Source of the DNA: a virus
Taxonomy: Duplodnaviria > Caudoviricetes
Length of the DNA: 64,000 nt
Direction: 5' to 3' (one strand)
Virus record (IMG/VR): IMGVR_UViG_2974704529_000001
Span: 1 to 64,000 of that record
Of the stretch, positions 30,751 to 39,804 are shown piece by piece. The number at the start of each line of letters is the position of its first letter. Position 1 is the first letter of the stretch. The notes below the pieces were generated by a model. The model saw nothing but the letters and a program-made list of their open reading frames with translations. It had not been told where the DNA came from and did not search any database. The translations under genes were made by a program, and so were the position numbers.

Positions 30751-31152
30751 TCATCTGAGCGGATTAGTCGCTAACTGCACAACGAACAGGACGAACATGG
30801 TTAGGACCACAGCCGCGACGATACCGCCGATGATGAGCTGAGTAGGCGTTACGCGCCGGTAGAGCGGGACGCGCTTAACGACGGCTTTGGACCAGGCCAG
30901 TTCAAGCTGGCTGATGTCCGCCGCAAGCTGCTTGTACTTCGCTTCATGCTGCTGAAAGTAAGGCCGAGGGCTGACGAGGGGATCACGTTTCCAGTTGTCG
31001 AGCGCGAGCCTGTAGCGGTCGAGAGCGTCGTTCGCTTCCCGTAGCGCCAATGCGCGCGCCCGCAGGGACGGGTCTCGTTGCAATGCCGCGATGAACGGGG
31101 GCGGGTTCGTGGTGCTCATGCGCGCGTGTCTCCTACCGGACTTAGTAACCAC
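30751..31152 (-). CDS. membrane-anchored hypothetical protein
   Basis: Helical N-terminus, C-terminal transmembrane segment. Confidence 0.55.
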   Translation of the reverse strand: MVTKSGRRHARMSTTNPPPFIAALQRDPSLRARALALREANDALDRYRLALDNWKRDPLVSPRPYFQQHEAKYKQLAADISQLELAWSKAVVKRVPLYRRVTPTQLIIGGIVAAVVLTMFVLFVVQLATNPLR

Positions 31153-31434
31153 TAGTTATGAGGACTGTTCACTTACTCAACGTGAGTTGCGTTAGAGCGT
31201 GATTAGAAGATTTCGTTTAAAGACCCAATGCCCAAGGTGACGTTTAGCGGGTTGTTGTCGTTGCTTGGCAGGGGAACGCTACTAGCGAGTGTCCTGTACT
31301 AGAACAGCAGGAATTTCGCAAATTATGGAAATATTAAAGAAAACCCACAGGGTTCCCACAGGGGTGGAGGGTTGCCCAGACATGTCCGCAGGTGTACCGG
31401 TCGCGGCGCTCCGACCAGGGCTGATCCGGCTCTT

Positions 31435-31633
31435 AGTTGATACTTTTGTTGATACCTCGGAGCAAAACACCCTCTGACCTGCGTGTTCTTAACCTCACAT
31501 GAGGATTAAAAGTCCGTAGGTATACCCCCTGCACGCCTGGGTGTATGGTGTCAAACATGCAGCTAAGGCGGGTTAAGAGCCTCTAGAGGACTCAGGATGA
31601 CTCACCCGTAGTTGATACCTGTAGTTGATACCT
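31435..31633. other. attP region with four arm-type GTTGATAC repeats and candidate core
   Basis: GTTGATAC at 31436, 31448, 31611 and 31624 (two tandem pairs) flanking GGATTAAAAGTCCGTAG at 31503-31519; directly 5' of integrase. Confidence 0.7.
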
Positions 31634-31656
31634 GGGCACCGCGAGAGGGGCGAAAC

Positions 31657-32958
31657 GTGGCCGACGAGCCGAAGAAAAATAAGAGGCGCGCGAAGGGCGA
31701 TGGAGGGCTGTACGAGGACGCGAACGGGTTGCATGTCGGCATCGTCTGGGTGACCGGTCCGGACGGCAAAAAGAAGCAGAAGCGGGTAGCCAGCAAGAGC
31801 AAAGCGGAGGCTGCCGCGAAGCTGAACAAACTGCGCGCCGACGTGCTGGCCGGGAAGGTCGGAACGACGCCGGGGAAGGTCCGGACGGTGGGTGAGTGGC
31901 TGGACTACTGGCTGACCGTTAAGAAGCGCGAGGTTCGCCCGAAGTCCTACAAGAGCTACGAGAGCACCGCCCGGCTGTACCTCAAGCCTCATATCGGCCA
32001 TATCCGGCTGGATAGGCTGACGGTCGCTCAGGTCCGCTCTATGCTCTCGGCGCTACAGGATGGGTCCGGAGACACCAAGGGGTCCACGCGGAACGCTGAG
32101 AAGGCGTACCAGGCGCTAAACAACGCACTCAGGCAAGCGGTCAACGAGTCCGCGATTCCACGCAACGTGTGCGATGCGATCAAGAAGCCGAAGCACCGGA
32201 AGCAACAGCGCGGCGCATTCGAGACGAACGCGGCGGTCCACATTCTGCGGACGGCGGCCAAGCGTGACGACGAGGACGCACCCAAGCGGCCTAAGCTCGC
32301 GTCCCGGTGGGCGGCGGCGTTCATGACCGGCGCGCGGCAGGCTGAGCTGATCGGGTTGGAGTGGGATCGGGTCGACATAAAGAACGGCGTGCTGGATATC
32401 TCGTGGCAGTTGCAGCGGCTTTCGTATGAGCACGGCTGCGGGGAGCCTAAGGACGGCAAGTATCCGTGTGGCAAGGTTCGGGTCGGGTACTGCCCTGACC
32501 GGAAGTTCGTACCGCCTCCCGGCTTTGAGTACCGGCCTTGTCACCGGTCGCTGTTCTGGACGCGGCCTAAGACGTACGCGGGGGAGCGGATTGTTCCGAT
32601 GGCTCCGCTGCTCGCTGAGTCGCTTAAGGTGCATTCCCGGCTGGATACGGACCCGAACCCGTATGGGCTAGTGTGGCATCACCGTGACGGCAGGCCGTTA
32701 AGCCAAGAGGACGATAACGAGCAGTGGAACATGTTGATGGCTGCCGCCGGGATTGAGAAGCTGCCCCGGCAGGTGGTGCTGCATGAGGCGCGGAATACGG
32801 CGGCAACGATGCTCTTAGAGTCGGGTATCGACGCTAAGGTCATTCAGCAGATTTTGGGACATACGTCGATCTTGCAGACGCGGGAGTACCAGAGGGTCAG
32901 TTTGGAATTGGGCAAGAGCGCCGTTAGCAATGCTTTCGACGCTCTGCTGCCCGGTTAG
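31657..32958 (+). CDS. int: tyrosine integrase
   Basis: TGARQAEL (R), LHEAR (HxxR), ILGH and T.EY catalytic motifs; GTG 31657 with GAGAGGGG RBS. Confidence 0.95.
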   Translation: MADEPKKNKRRAKGDGGLYEDANGLHVGIVWVTGPDGKKKQKRVASKSKAEAAAKLNKLRADVLAGKVGTTPGKVRTVGEWLDYWLTVKKREVRPKSYKSYESTARLYLKPHIGHIRLDRLTVAQVRSMLSALQDGSGDTKGSTRNAEKAYQALNNALRQAVNESAIPRNVCDAIKKPKHRKQQRGAFETNAAVHILRTAAKRDDEDAPKRPKLASRWAAAFMTGARQAELIGLEWDRVDIKNGVLDISWQLQRLSYEHGCGEPKDGKYPCGKVRVGYCPDRKFVPPPGFEYRPCHRSLFWTRPKTYAGERIVPMAPLLAESLKVHSRLDTDPNPYGLVWHHRDGRPLSQEDDNEQWNMLMAAAGIEKLPRQVVLHEARNTAATMLLESGIDAKVIQQILGHTSILQTREYQRVSLELGKSAVSNAFDALLPG

Positions 32959-33734
32959 ACTGCGCCGTCGAGCTGCTTGGGCGCGGAGGCTTTCTTGGCC
33001 CTGCGCTTAAGCGGCTTCTCGGCGCGGATGCGCTTCCACACGTGAGCTTTAAGGTGGCGCTGCTTGCGGGTCCACGACAGGCTCATGGTGACCGTCCACA
33101 GGATGGCTGCGAGGACGGTGATTCGCCAGGGCCAGCGCCCCTCAGCTACCCCGATTGTGACGGGGGCGGCGAGCGCCAGGCCGGTGCCGATCAGGTAGAG
33201 GTTGGCGATTAGTGGCGAGCGTGGATCGGTTTGGCGGATGCGCCAGAACAACCAGCAGGTATGGGCAAGTAGCCAGACGTACACCGTGATTGCAACCGGG
33301 GTAACGGCGGCATCGTTGTCGGTTACCCACAGTCCGATGATTGTTGGCGTGGTCACGGTGAGTGGGATGCCTACGTGGCTGTTGAGTAGCGCGTCTTTGT
33401 ATAGGCGCGTCCACTCCATGCGTTCGATGAGTTCGCCGAGGAATACCGCGTAGCCGGTCATGAGCACGATGTGCCCGATAACGAACTGTGCGGGGATATG
33501 GCTGTAGCTGAATGTGTTGGGGGCCAGTGGGTTAAACACTGATAGCCAGGGCGATAGCAGGGCCAGGGCCGCGAGCATGAGCGCGGCGCTGGCAGTGGTG
33601 CCCGTCTCCCATCGAATGCGCCAGGTATGTCGTCGTAGTACCTGGTTGGCGATTCCTACGGTGATCAGCGTCCACATGAGCGCGTGGTCTACGAGGGAGG
33701 TTAGTTCGTTGGCAAGGTGGAACTGATCAAGCAT
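32955..33734 (-). CDS. multi-pass membrane protein downstream of repressor
   Basis: About 7 hydrophobic segments; co-oriented with the repressor. Confidence 0.75.
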   Translation of the reverse strand: MLDQFHLANELTSLVDHALMWTLITVGIANQVLRRHTWRIRWETGTTASAALMLAALALLSPWLSVFNPLAPNTFSYSHIPAQFVIGHIVLMTGYAVFLGELIERMEWTRLYKDALLNSHVGIPLTVTTPTIIGLWVTDNDAAVTPVAITVYVWLLAHTCWLFWRIRQTDPRSPLIANLYLIGTGLALAAPVTIGVAEGRWPWRITVLAAILWTVTMSLSWTRKQRHLKAHVWKRIRAEKPLKRRAKKASAPKQLDGAV

Positions 33735-33906
33735 AGGGTCGTGCCTTTACGGGAGGGGCTGGACTCGCACGTATCTAGGCTGTGTTTCTGAGTCCGGTGG
33801 GAGGTGGAAACGGCTTGTGGCTCAGGCCGTTACAGGGAATGTACTGCCCTGTTACCCAGCCGTCAATGGCTGTTTTACCTCCCAGCAACCTCCCGCAAAA
33901 AGCGCA

Positions 33907-34296
33907 CTACAGAGGCGGAATATCGGTGCGCGCTTTGGGCTGGCTAAGTCGGCTCTTGGTCCGTCTCCTCACTGTCGTTAGCACCGGAGGGTCCAAGGCC
34001 CCGTCGCCTCCGTCTGCTATGACCTCACCCTCCCGCTCTAGGAAGTCGATCAGGTCCGTTTTGGATAGGTGGCCGAAGCGCACCAGCAGATCAACCTTGT
34101 CTAGGTGGAAGTGCTCAGCGACCGCCATGAGGTTGGGAATGCTGTTGAGCACGCCTTTGTCCCGCTGCTCGTAATAGGTGGAGCGGGACATGCCTAGCGC
34201 GCTCAGCGCCTCTTGCATACGTACCTGCCGTTTAAGCAGGTAGCTCACTACAACGATCAGGTCATTGTCTTCATCTCTGGCCGACATGCCGATCAT
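33907..34296 (-). CDS. immunity repressor (HTH); likely start ATG 34287
   Basis: ALSALGMSRSTYYEQR helix-turn-helix; divergent from Cro, near integrase. Confidence 0.8.
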   Translation of the reverse strand: MIGMSARDEDNDLIVVVSYLLKRQVRMQEALSALGMSRSTYYEQRDKGVLNSIPNLMAVAEHFHLDKVDLLVRFGHLSKTDLIDFLEREGEVIADGGDGALDPPVLTTVRRRTKSRLSQPKARTDIPPL

Positions 34297-34324
34297 CTTG
34301 TCCGACTATCGGGACAAGTGTCAA
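34295..34324 (-). promoter_or_regulatory. putative leaderless repressor promoter TTGACA-N18-CAAGAT
   Basis: Minus-strand TTGACA at 34324-34319 and CAAGAT at 34300-34295, 7 nt from ATG 34287. Confidence 0.5.
34297..34318. promoter_or_regulatory. operator O1 (CTTGTCCGA-CTAT-CGGGACAAG)
   Basis: Imperfect palindrome lying between the -35 and -10 of the repressor promoter. Confidence 0.65.
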
Positions 34325-34362
34325 CCCGGCTGACCAGCAAAGACGGTCTTACACGGCTGTAA

Positions 34363-34386
34363 TTTTGTCCGATCTGTCGGACAAAA
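34363..34386. promoter_or_regulatory. operator O2 (TTTTGTCCGA-TCTG-TCGGACAAAA)
   Basis: Perfect 10-bp-arm palindrome between repressor and cro. Confidence 0.7.
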
Positions 34387-34481
34387 TACTTCCGAATCGG
34401 ACCGGACTGTGTACTGTTCAAACCGTGACGCCGACAACCTCCCAAACCTCAGCCCACACAATTCGCTGGATTCCCGAAGCC

Positions 34482-34712
34482 GTGCAGAATCTCCTGCATA
34501 ACAACGACATTCTGACCCGCACCGAGCTTGCAAAAACGCTGGGTGTAGCCCGTTCCACCGTGTACCGCACGTTCGATGACGACTGGTCCGGTGAGCCGAG
34601 CATGACGATGCTGGCGACGATGGCAGGGCACTTCAAAGTCCCCCTAAACCGCATCGTTACCGAGCCTGGCAGCGGCGGGCCGCGCCGTAGAACTGTCCGG
34701 CTGGCCGGATGA
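34482..34712 (+). CDS. Cro-like HTH protein (start uncertain)
   Basis: LTRTELAKTLGVARSTVYR HTH; divergent from repressor. Confidence 0.75.
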   Translation: MQNLLHNNDILTRTELAKTLGVARSTVYRTFDDDWSGEPSMTMLATMAGHFKVPLNRIVTEPGSGGPRRRTVRLAG

Positions 34713-34924
34713 CTGCCGCCACAGAGCTTCTGTCCGATGAACCCGACAGATTGCTTGTGACTCGCCCAGAAGCCGCACGAATGCTGTCCCTATCGGTTCC
34801 TGAGATTGACCGGCTGCGCCAGGCCGGGAAGCTGCTGGCGAAGAAACACGGCTCAAAGGTGCTGTTTCCGGTGAAAGAGCTTGAGCGTTTCGCTAACAAC
34901 CTGCCTTGGGAGCTTGACCAGTGA
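34709..34924 (+). CDS. excisionase-like HTH protein
   Basis: LLVTRPEAARMLSLSVPEIDRL...GKL...KHGSKVLFPV pattern. Confidence 0.8.
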   Translation: MTAATELLSDEPDRLLVTRPEAARMLSLSVPEIDRLRQAGKLLAKKHGSKVLFPVKELERFANNLPWELDQ

Positions 34925-35283
34925 CCAGAACCCGCATTGAACCTGACACCGAAGCAGTCGAAGAACTTAAGGCCGCGTTAGCGCGGCTTAGGAAGGACGG
35001 ATGGAACCGTGGAAAGTTTCACGATTTCTCAACAGGCAAGTGCTGTGCTCTTGGGGCATTCGGACACCAGTTCCCCATGGACTCGCCGGGCGTTAAGTAC
35101 CTCGCCTACGCAATCCGCACCCGCAAAGCCGGGCACCCATACCCGGCAGACATGCCTGATATGTCCGTCGTCATTCATTTCAACGATGCACACGGCAGAA
35201 AGTGGGTCGATATTGAAGCCGTATTCCTCGCCGCTATCCGTTACGCGGAAGGTAAAGGCGTCTATGTCCGAGAAGGCCGTTAG
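34921..35283 (+). CDS. hypothetical protein
   Basis: ORF coupled to xis; GKCCALGA motif. Confidence 0.65.
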   Translation: MTRTRIEPDTEAVEELKAALARLRKDGWNRGKFHDFSTGKCCALGAFGHQFPMDSPGVKYLAYAIRTRKAGHPYPADMPDMSVVIHFNDAHGRKWVDIEAVFLAAIRYAEGKGVYVREGR

Positions 35284-35370
35284 GGATAACGTGCTGGCCG
35301 CGCTGTCGCTGGCCGCACTGATCCTGCTGGGTGCCATCGTGCTTAACGATCTGTTCGCGGCGTGGCACGC

Positions 35371-35784
35371 ATGAGTACAGCGCCCGTACGGAAACTTGGT
35401 TCTATTGTTTCCATATCCCCCGAAAACTACGTAGAGTTATTAGTAGAGGGGGAGGGGATGAGAAAGTTCCGAGACGTGATCAACGAAGCGCGAAAGGTCG
35501 CAATGTTGAATCCACTTGGACGTAACACCGGTAAGGGTTACTACGAGTATGGAGAGCCTTGCTGCTTCTTCGGTCACGTCTTGGAACGTCTCGGACTTCC
35601 CGTCGCCAAATGGGAAATTGCCCTCTTTAACACCTACACACTTGCTGAACTGCCCTGGCCGCATTGGGGCATCGAAGAACCTAACGATTATCAGCGGCTA
35701 TGGATCGCTAAGGTCCAAGCTGCTGCCGATAACGGAGATTCGTGGATTATCGCTATTGCGATGGCTGACGCGACTCTCATTTAG
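35371..35784 (+). CDS. hypothetical protein
   Basis: EPCCFFGHVLERLG motif; ATG 35371. Confidence 0.6.
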   Translation: MSTAPVRKLGSIVSISPENYVELLVEGEGMRKFRDVINEARKVAMLNPLGRNTGKGYYEYGEPCCFFGHVLERLGLPVAKWEIALFNTYTLAELPWPHWGIEEPNDYQRLWIAKVQAAADNGDSWIIAIAMADATLI

Positions 35785-36012
35785 ATTTCAGCTAAGCACC
35801 TGAGGCTGACTAAACAAATCAGCTGCACATTGTAGAAGTACCTAGTTCTATCTGTTGACCTATACGAAGTAACTCCGTTGCCGGAGCGTCTGTGTTCAGT
35901 GTCCAGACGGCAGAGTGGTTCGCCTGCAAGTAAGTCAGCATGAGTACGTCCGCACTACGAATCGGTCCCTGATGGGTTTATGTCCTGTCGGCAGCCGGAG
36001 ACGTGCGGGGTA

Positions 36013-36118
36013 GCGATACGCGGTTGGTACCCGAGGGTGACCGCATGAAAACGCTCTGGCGGGGTCCGTGGCCTTATCTACGGGCCGGGGCATCCAGGTT
36101 CGATTCCTGGGTATCGCA
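36013..36118 (+). ncRNA. enlarged tRNA-like RNA (106 nt)
   Basis: Acceptor GCGATAC/GTATCGC plus discriminator A; T-arm CCAGG-TTCGATT-CCTGG; two long hairpins replace the D and anticodon arms. Confidence 0.6.
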
Positions 36119-36272
36119 CTGGGCCGGGAGGTTGAGGCGCACGGCACTAACGGGCATTAGTGCTTAGGCGCGGGACGTAAGGGTGTGGCGTTCGCGCTGC
36201 CTTGTTTGCGCTCCCTCCCGGCCATTCTCTTTCACCACCGATCACCACATCACCACCACGAAAGGGCGCGCT

Positions 36273-36635
36273 ATGACGGTTATCTACTTGGGCGAACCGA
36301 CCGGCCCGCGACTCCGGAGCCTGACCCGTACCAAAGAGCAGGAGCTTGACGCCTGGCTTACCAGTGCGCTTAAGAACCCGCCCAAAAAGCGCGACCTGCC
36401 TAGCGACCTGGCCGACTTCACCAGGGCTTTAAGTGCCTTAGCTAAGCGTCGGGGTATTCAGTTCCATTTCAACGGGGACCGTATGCGCGTACGTGGCGAA
36501 GTGGTCTTTGGCAGGAACATTCCCGGCTGTGTTGGCGGGTCGAAACGAAAGGTCACGGCGGGTAACGAACGTGAGGCGTTCACGAAACATGGGCAGCGCG
36601 TCGAACCCTGGAATATGAGGGATTGGCGTGAATGA
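36273..36635 (+). CDS. hypothetical protein
   Basis: ATG 36273 with AAAGGG RBS. Confidence 0.6.
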   Translation: MTVIYLGEPTGPRLRSLTRTKEQELDAWLTSALKNPPKKRDLPSDLADFTRALSALAKRRGIQFHFNGDRMRVRGEVVFGRNIPGCVGGSKRKVTAGNEREAFTKHGQRVEPWNMRDWRE

Positions 36636-36689
36636 GTTGACACCAACGGTACAAGGCATGTACCGTACTGATTGCGAGGAGTTCAGAAA

Positions 36690-36869
36690 GTGGCAAAGCA
36701 GTTTTCTTGCCCGCTGGAATGTGGAGCCTCTTACTCCGAGGAGTACCAGCTCCACCTTCACGAGTACGCATCCGAAAAAGGCATCCTTCCGACGTGTGGT
36801 CGGGGGGCCGAACGAAAGGCGCACTATGCCGGAGGCGATCACGCTGCAAACGGACTTGAGGCAGCCTGA
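36690..36869 (+). CDS. small zinc-finger-like protein
   Basis: GTG after GAGGAG RBS; CPLEC...HLH motif. Confidence 0.45.
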   Translation: MAKQFSCPLECGASYSEEYQLHLHEYASEKGILPTCGRGAERKAHYAGGDHAANGLEAA

Positions 36870-37659
36870 GAAGCTAATGCTGGCCGGGGACTGGCACGGC
36901 AATCTGCCGTGGGCGTTCAAGGCGATCCACTTCGCTAAGGCGAACGGCGCAGACACGATTCTGCACGTGGGCGACTTTGGCTGGTGGGCACCGATTGAGC
37001 GGACGTTCCAGTTCCTCTCGGAGGTCGACAAAGAGCTTAAGACGACCGGCATTGACCTCCTGTGGGTCGACGGCAACCACGAGGACCACGCGTTCTGGCA
37101 CCAGTTCAACAAGCCGGGCGCGTATCCACAGACGTTCATGTCCTACTCGTCCATCACGCACTTGCCGCGTGGTTTCCGGTGGAAGTGGTGGGGCGATACG
37201 TGGATGGCGCTGGGTGGCGCTCACTCGGTCGACCGGAGCTGGGCGACGGAGGGTGAAACCTGGTGGCCGGGCGAGTGGTTGCAGGACGACCAGCTTGAGT
37301 ACGCATGTCGACCGGGCAATGTCGACATCATCGTGGCGCATGACGCACCTACTAACGTCACGATCCCTGGCATTGTCCCCGGTAAGGCGATTTACCTGAA
37401 TATCGGTGGCCTTAAGCGCCGTGTTCCGCAGGTGGACTTGCTTAAGGCTGAGGAGCACCGCGCTCGCATTCAGCAGGTCGTGGACACGGTTAAGCCGGTC
37501 GAGTTCTACCACGGCCATTACCACCGGGCTTATCAGTCGTTGGCTCGTCATGAGGGCGGCGGCTACACCCTGTGTCGTGGCCTGGATAAGGACGAAACCA
37601 CGATGGCTAAGAACACCCATTTCATCACCGGAGGGACGCAGGATGACGACGACGACTAA
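36826..37659 (+). CDS. calcineurin-like metallophosphoesterase
   Basis: GDWHGN, HVGDFG, GNHED, AHDAP, HGHYH motifs. Confidence 0.9.
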   Translation: MPEAITLQTDLRQPEKLMLAGDWHGNLPWAFKAIHFAKANGADTILHVGDFGWWAPIERTFQFLSEVDKELKTTGIDLLWVDGNHEDHAFWHQFNKPGAYPQTFMSYSSITHLPRGFRWKWWGDTWMALGGAHSVDRSWATEGETWWPGEWLQDDQLEYACRPGNVDIIVAHDAPTNVTIPGIVPGKAIYLNIGGLKRRVPQVDLLKAEEHRARIQQVVDTVKPVEFYHGHYHRAYQSLARHEGGGYTLCRGLDKDETTMAKNTHFITGGTQDDDDD

Positions 37660-37975
37660 CCCTGAGCGGGAGGTCTGCCGGTTGCCCAGCGGCGACCTGA
37701 CGATTAAGGGGACCAAGGTTTGGTTGCCGTCCGCTCCGGACCTGTTGGAGCGGGAGCGTCAGGAGACCGCGCAGCGGCTCACCGACATTCTCGCCGCTAA
37801 GCGGTTCCTGGCCGAGGAGGAGGACCGGGAGTACGGCGGGGCTATCGACTTCGCGTGCCGTAAGGCTAACGAAGAGGTCGGGCGCGCTAACCAGGTGCTC
37901 TACCGGGATATGTCGGGCCGTGACCAGCGCTGGTGGGTCGCTTTCCTTAAGGCGGTGCGCCATGAAGGCGAGTGA
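37643..37975 (+). CDS. hypothetical protein
   Basis: ATG 37643 with GGAGGG RBS. Confidence 0.5.
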   Translation: MTTTTNPEREVCRLPSGDLTIKGTKVWLPSAPDLLERERQETAQRLTDILAAKRFLAEEEDREYGGAIDFACRKANEEVGRANQVLYRDMSGRDQRWWVAFLKAVRHEGE

Positions 37976-38169
37976 ACGGCTAGCGGAGCGTAACGACATT
38001 CTCGAAGTCATCGCTGAGATTGATTCCGAGTTGGCCGGGCTAATCGGCGTTAGGTCTTTCCGCGCTGCGCAGGAGGCGCGGGAGAAGTTGGATATCCGCC
38101 GGGGTTTGGAGGCGGAACTTAACTCGCTTGGGTTTAAAGCGCCTGAGCTTGACGAGAGGTTGAAGAACC

Positions 38170-38415
38170 GTGAGGTTGCTAGCGGCAGTGCTGCTACTGG
38201 TGGTGATCGTTCTGGTGGTGGTGGCGGCGATTCAGTGGTTGCGAAACGCCGTATTGGACCGTCGCCTCAAGCGAGCTAACGACCCGTTGCAGTACCTCAC
38301 CCGGCAGGAGCGTCGGGAACATGCGCGGGCGCTCGCTAAGCGCCACCTGTCCGAGGCGGACGAGGCGTATTACCAGCGCCTTAACAACATGCTTTACAAC
38401 ACACCGGCTCTGTAA
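38170..38415 (+). CDS. small membrane protein
   Basis: N-terminal transmembrane helix. Confidence 0.6.
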   Translation: MRLLAAVLLLVVIVLVVVAAIQWLRNAVLDRRLKRANDPLQYLTRQERREHARALAKRHLSEADEAYYQRLNNMLYNTPAL

Positions 38416-38596
38416 CTCAGGGCCACCCTCTAAGAAAGGTAATCGCACCAAAATGAAGAAGATCATGGAGTTCTTCGGTTTCACGTCGGCTGGCAAGTTC
38501 ATGCCGGAGTGGAAGGCCCTGACCGATCAGGACCGGGAGCAGCTCAAGGCCGGTATCGAGGACGGCTCGCTGACCTACTAACCGCACTTCCTAACT

Positions 38597-38633
38597 AAGC
38601 CCCCACTGACTTCGGTTGGTGGGGGCTTTGTTG
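38597..38633 (+). terminator. intrinsic terminator with UUCG tetraloop
   Basis: AAGCCCCCACTGAC-TTCG-GTTGGTGGGGGCTT-TGTTG. Confidence 0.75.
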
Positions 38634-38672
38634 TGCGTAAAAAACAAATCCCTTTAGAAAGGAACCCTTACG

Positions 38673-39623
38673 TTGAACCGTAAGAAGATTGCCACTCTCG
38701 CACTCGCTGGCCTGGTGGCGCTCCCGATTGTCGGGTGTTCGACTCAGATTCCGGCGGGCCAGAAGGCCGTTAAGGTCGAGGACTACGCGATCATTCCGAC
38801 CGCGCCTGAGCTGATCGGCTGCCAAGACCCAGAGACTTCGGCTTACAACCCGATTGGCGGGTATGAGACGTACCCGTATCCGACGCGGCTGATCAATTAC
38901 GACATGACCGGCGAGCGGGACCAGAGCGGGAACCTGATCGCTGAGGCTGAGGCCACTGTGGTTGTGTCCAACGCTAAGGCTCCGGCTGAGCTGCGGGTGC
39001 CGATCCAGTTGACGTTCGACATGACGAGCGACTGTGACGCGTTGCAGGACTTCCACCGGGAGATTGCTACGCAGTACAGCGCGTGGCTGAACGACGACGG
39101 CTCGGTGTCGGCTGGCTACCTGGACATGCTGCGGAACATCGTCGGCCTGCCTGCGCAGCAGACGTTGATCAAGACGGCGCAGAAGTACACGTGGCGTGAA
39201 ATCTGGAACGACGAGAATGTGCGCGTCGAGTTCCAGAACGCGCTGCGGGAGACGCTGCCGGAGACCGTTAAGGCGCGTACCGGCGGTCGGGAATACTTCA
39301 ACAACTTCACGGTCGTTGTTGGTAAGCCCACTCCGGTGGATCAGAACTTGGTGAATGCCATCACCGCTGAGCAGTCGGCGCTTGCCGAGGCTCAGGCGCG
39401 CGAGGCTAAGGGTGTCGCGGACGCTAAGGCGGCTGAGGCTCAGGCTAACGCGGAAGTTACCTCCGCTGAGGCTCAGACCAAGGTGGCGCAGGAGAAGGCC
39501 AAGCAGCGCCAGGCTGAGGTTTCGGGCTACCCGTCTGAGGACACCTACCTCAAGCAGAAGGCGATTGACGCTGGTATCACTCCGTGGCCCGCGCCGATTG
39601 TTACCGGGATGCCGGTGCGCTAA
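38673..39623 (+). CDS. SPFH/band-7-like lipoprotein
   Basis: Lipobox IVGC; band-7-like core, then an Ala/Glu/Lys coiled-coil. Confidence 0.75.
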   Translation: MNRKKIATLALAGLVALPIVGCSTQIPAGQKAVKVEDYAIIPTAPELIGCQDPETSAYNPIGGYETYPYPTRLINYDMTGERDQSGNLIAEAEATVVVSNAKAPAELRVPIQLTFDMTSDCDALQDFHREIATQYSAWLNDDGSVSAGYLDMLRNIVGLPAQQTLIKTAQKYTWREIWNDENVRVEFQNALRETLPETVKARTGGREYFNNFTVVVGKPTPVDQNLVNAITAEQSALAEAQAREAKGVADAKAAEAQANAEVTSAEAQTKVAQEKAKQRQAEVSGYPSEDTYLKQKAIDAGITPWPAPIVTGMPVR

Positions 39624-39804
39624 TGCTTAGCCGCATTAAGCCAGGCGATATCCGGTTCCTGGCCTTTAGCGTCATCGTGATTGCGGTGTGCGTTATCGGC
39701 CTGGCGATCTTCGCCTAACTAACCCTCCCTAGATGGGGCGCGCATATCTAGGGGTGATTAACGCACGCGCACCCTAAACCCTGTGAGAATTAAGGAAAAA
39801 CACC

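Noticed and set aside
31282-31477. Small ORFs across the attP region
   Set aside because: They overlap the arm-type repeats and the CCCACAGGG direct repeat in AT-rich regulatory DNA, with no convincing RBS.
35966-35980. Hammerhead core (CTGATGG), and GTGATGAAAC at 40551
   Set aside because: Neither has the CUGANGA...GAAA core with the three required stems.
36013-36118. tmRNA or intron-containing tRNA
   Set aside because: Too short for tmRNA, with no tag ORF or G3-U70-type Ala acceptor. There is no canonical D-arm or anticodon loop that splicing would restore.
36628-36825. N-terminal extension of the metallophosphoesterase in the ORF track
   Set aside because: Homology-like sequence begins at ATG 36826, which has its own RBS; the upstream part overlaps a more plausible small zinc-finger ORF.
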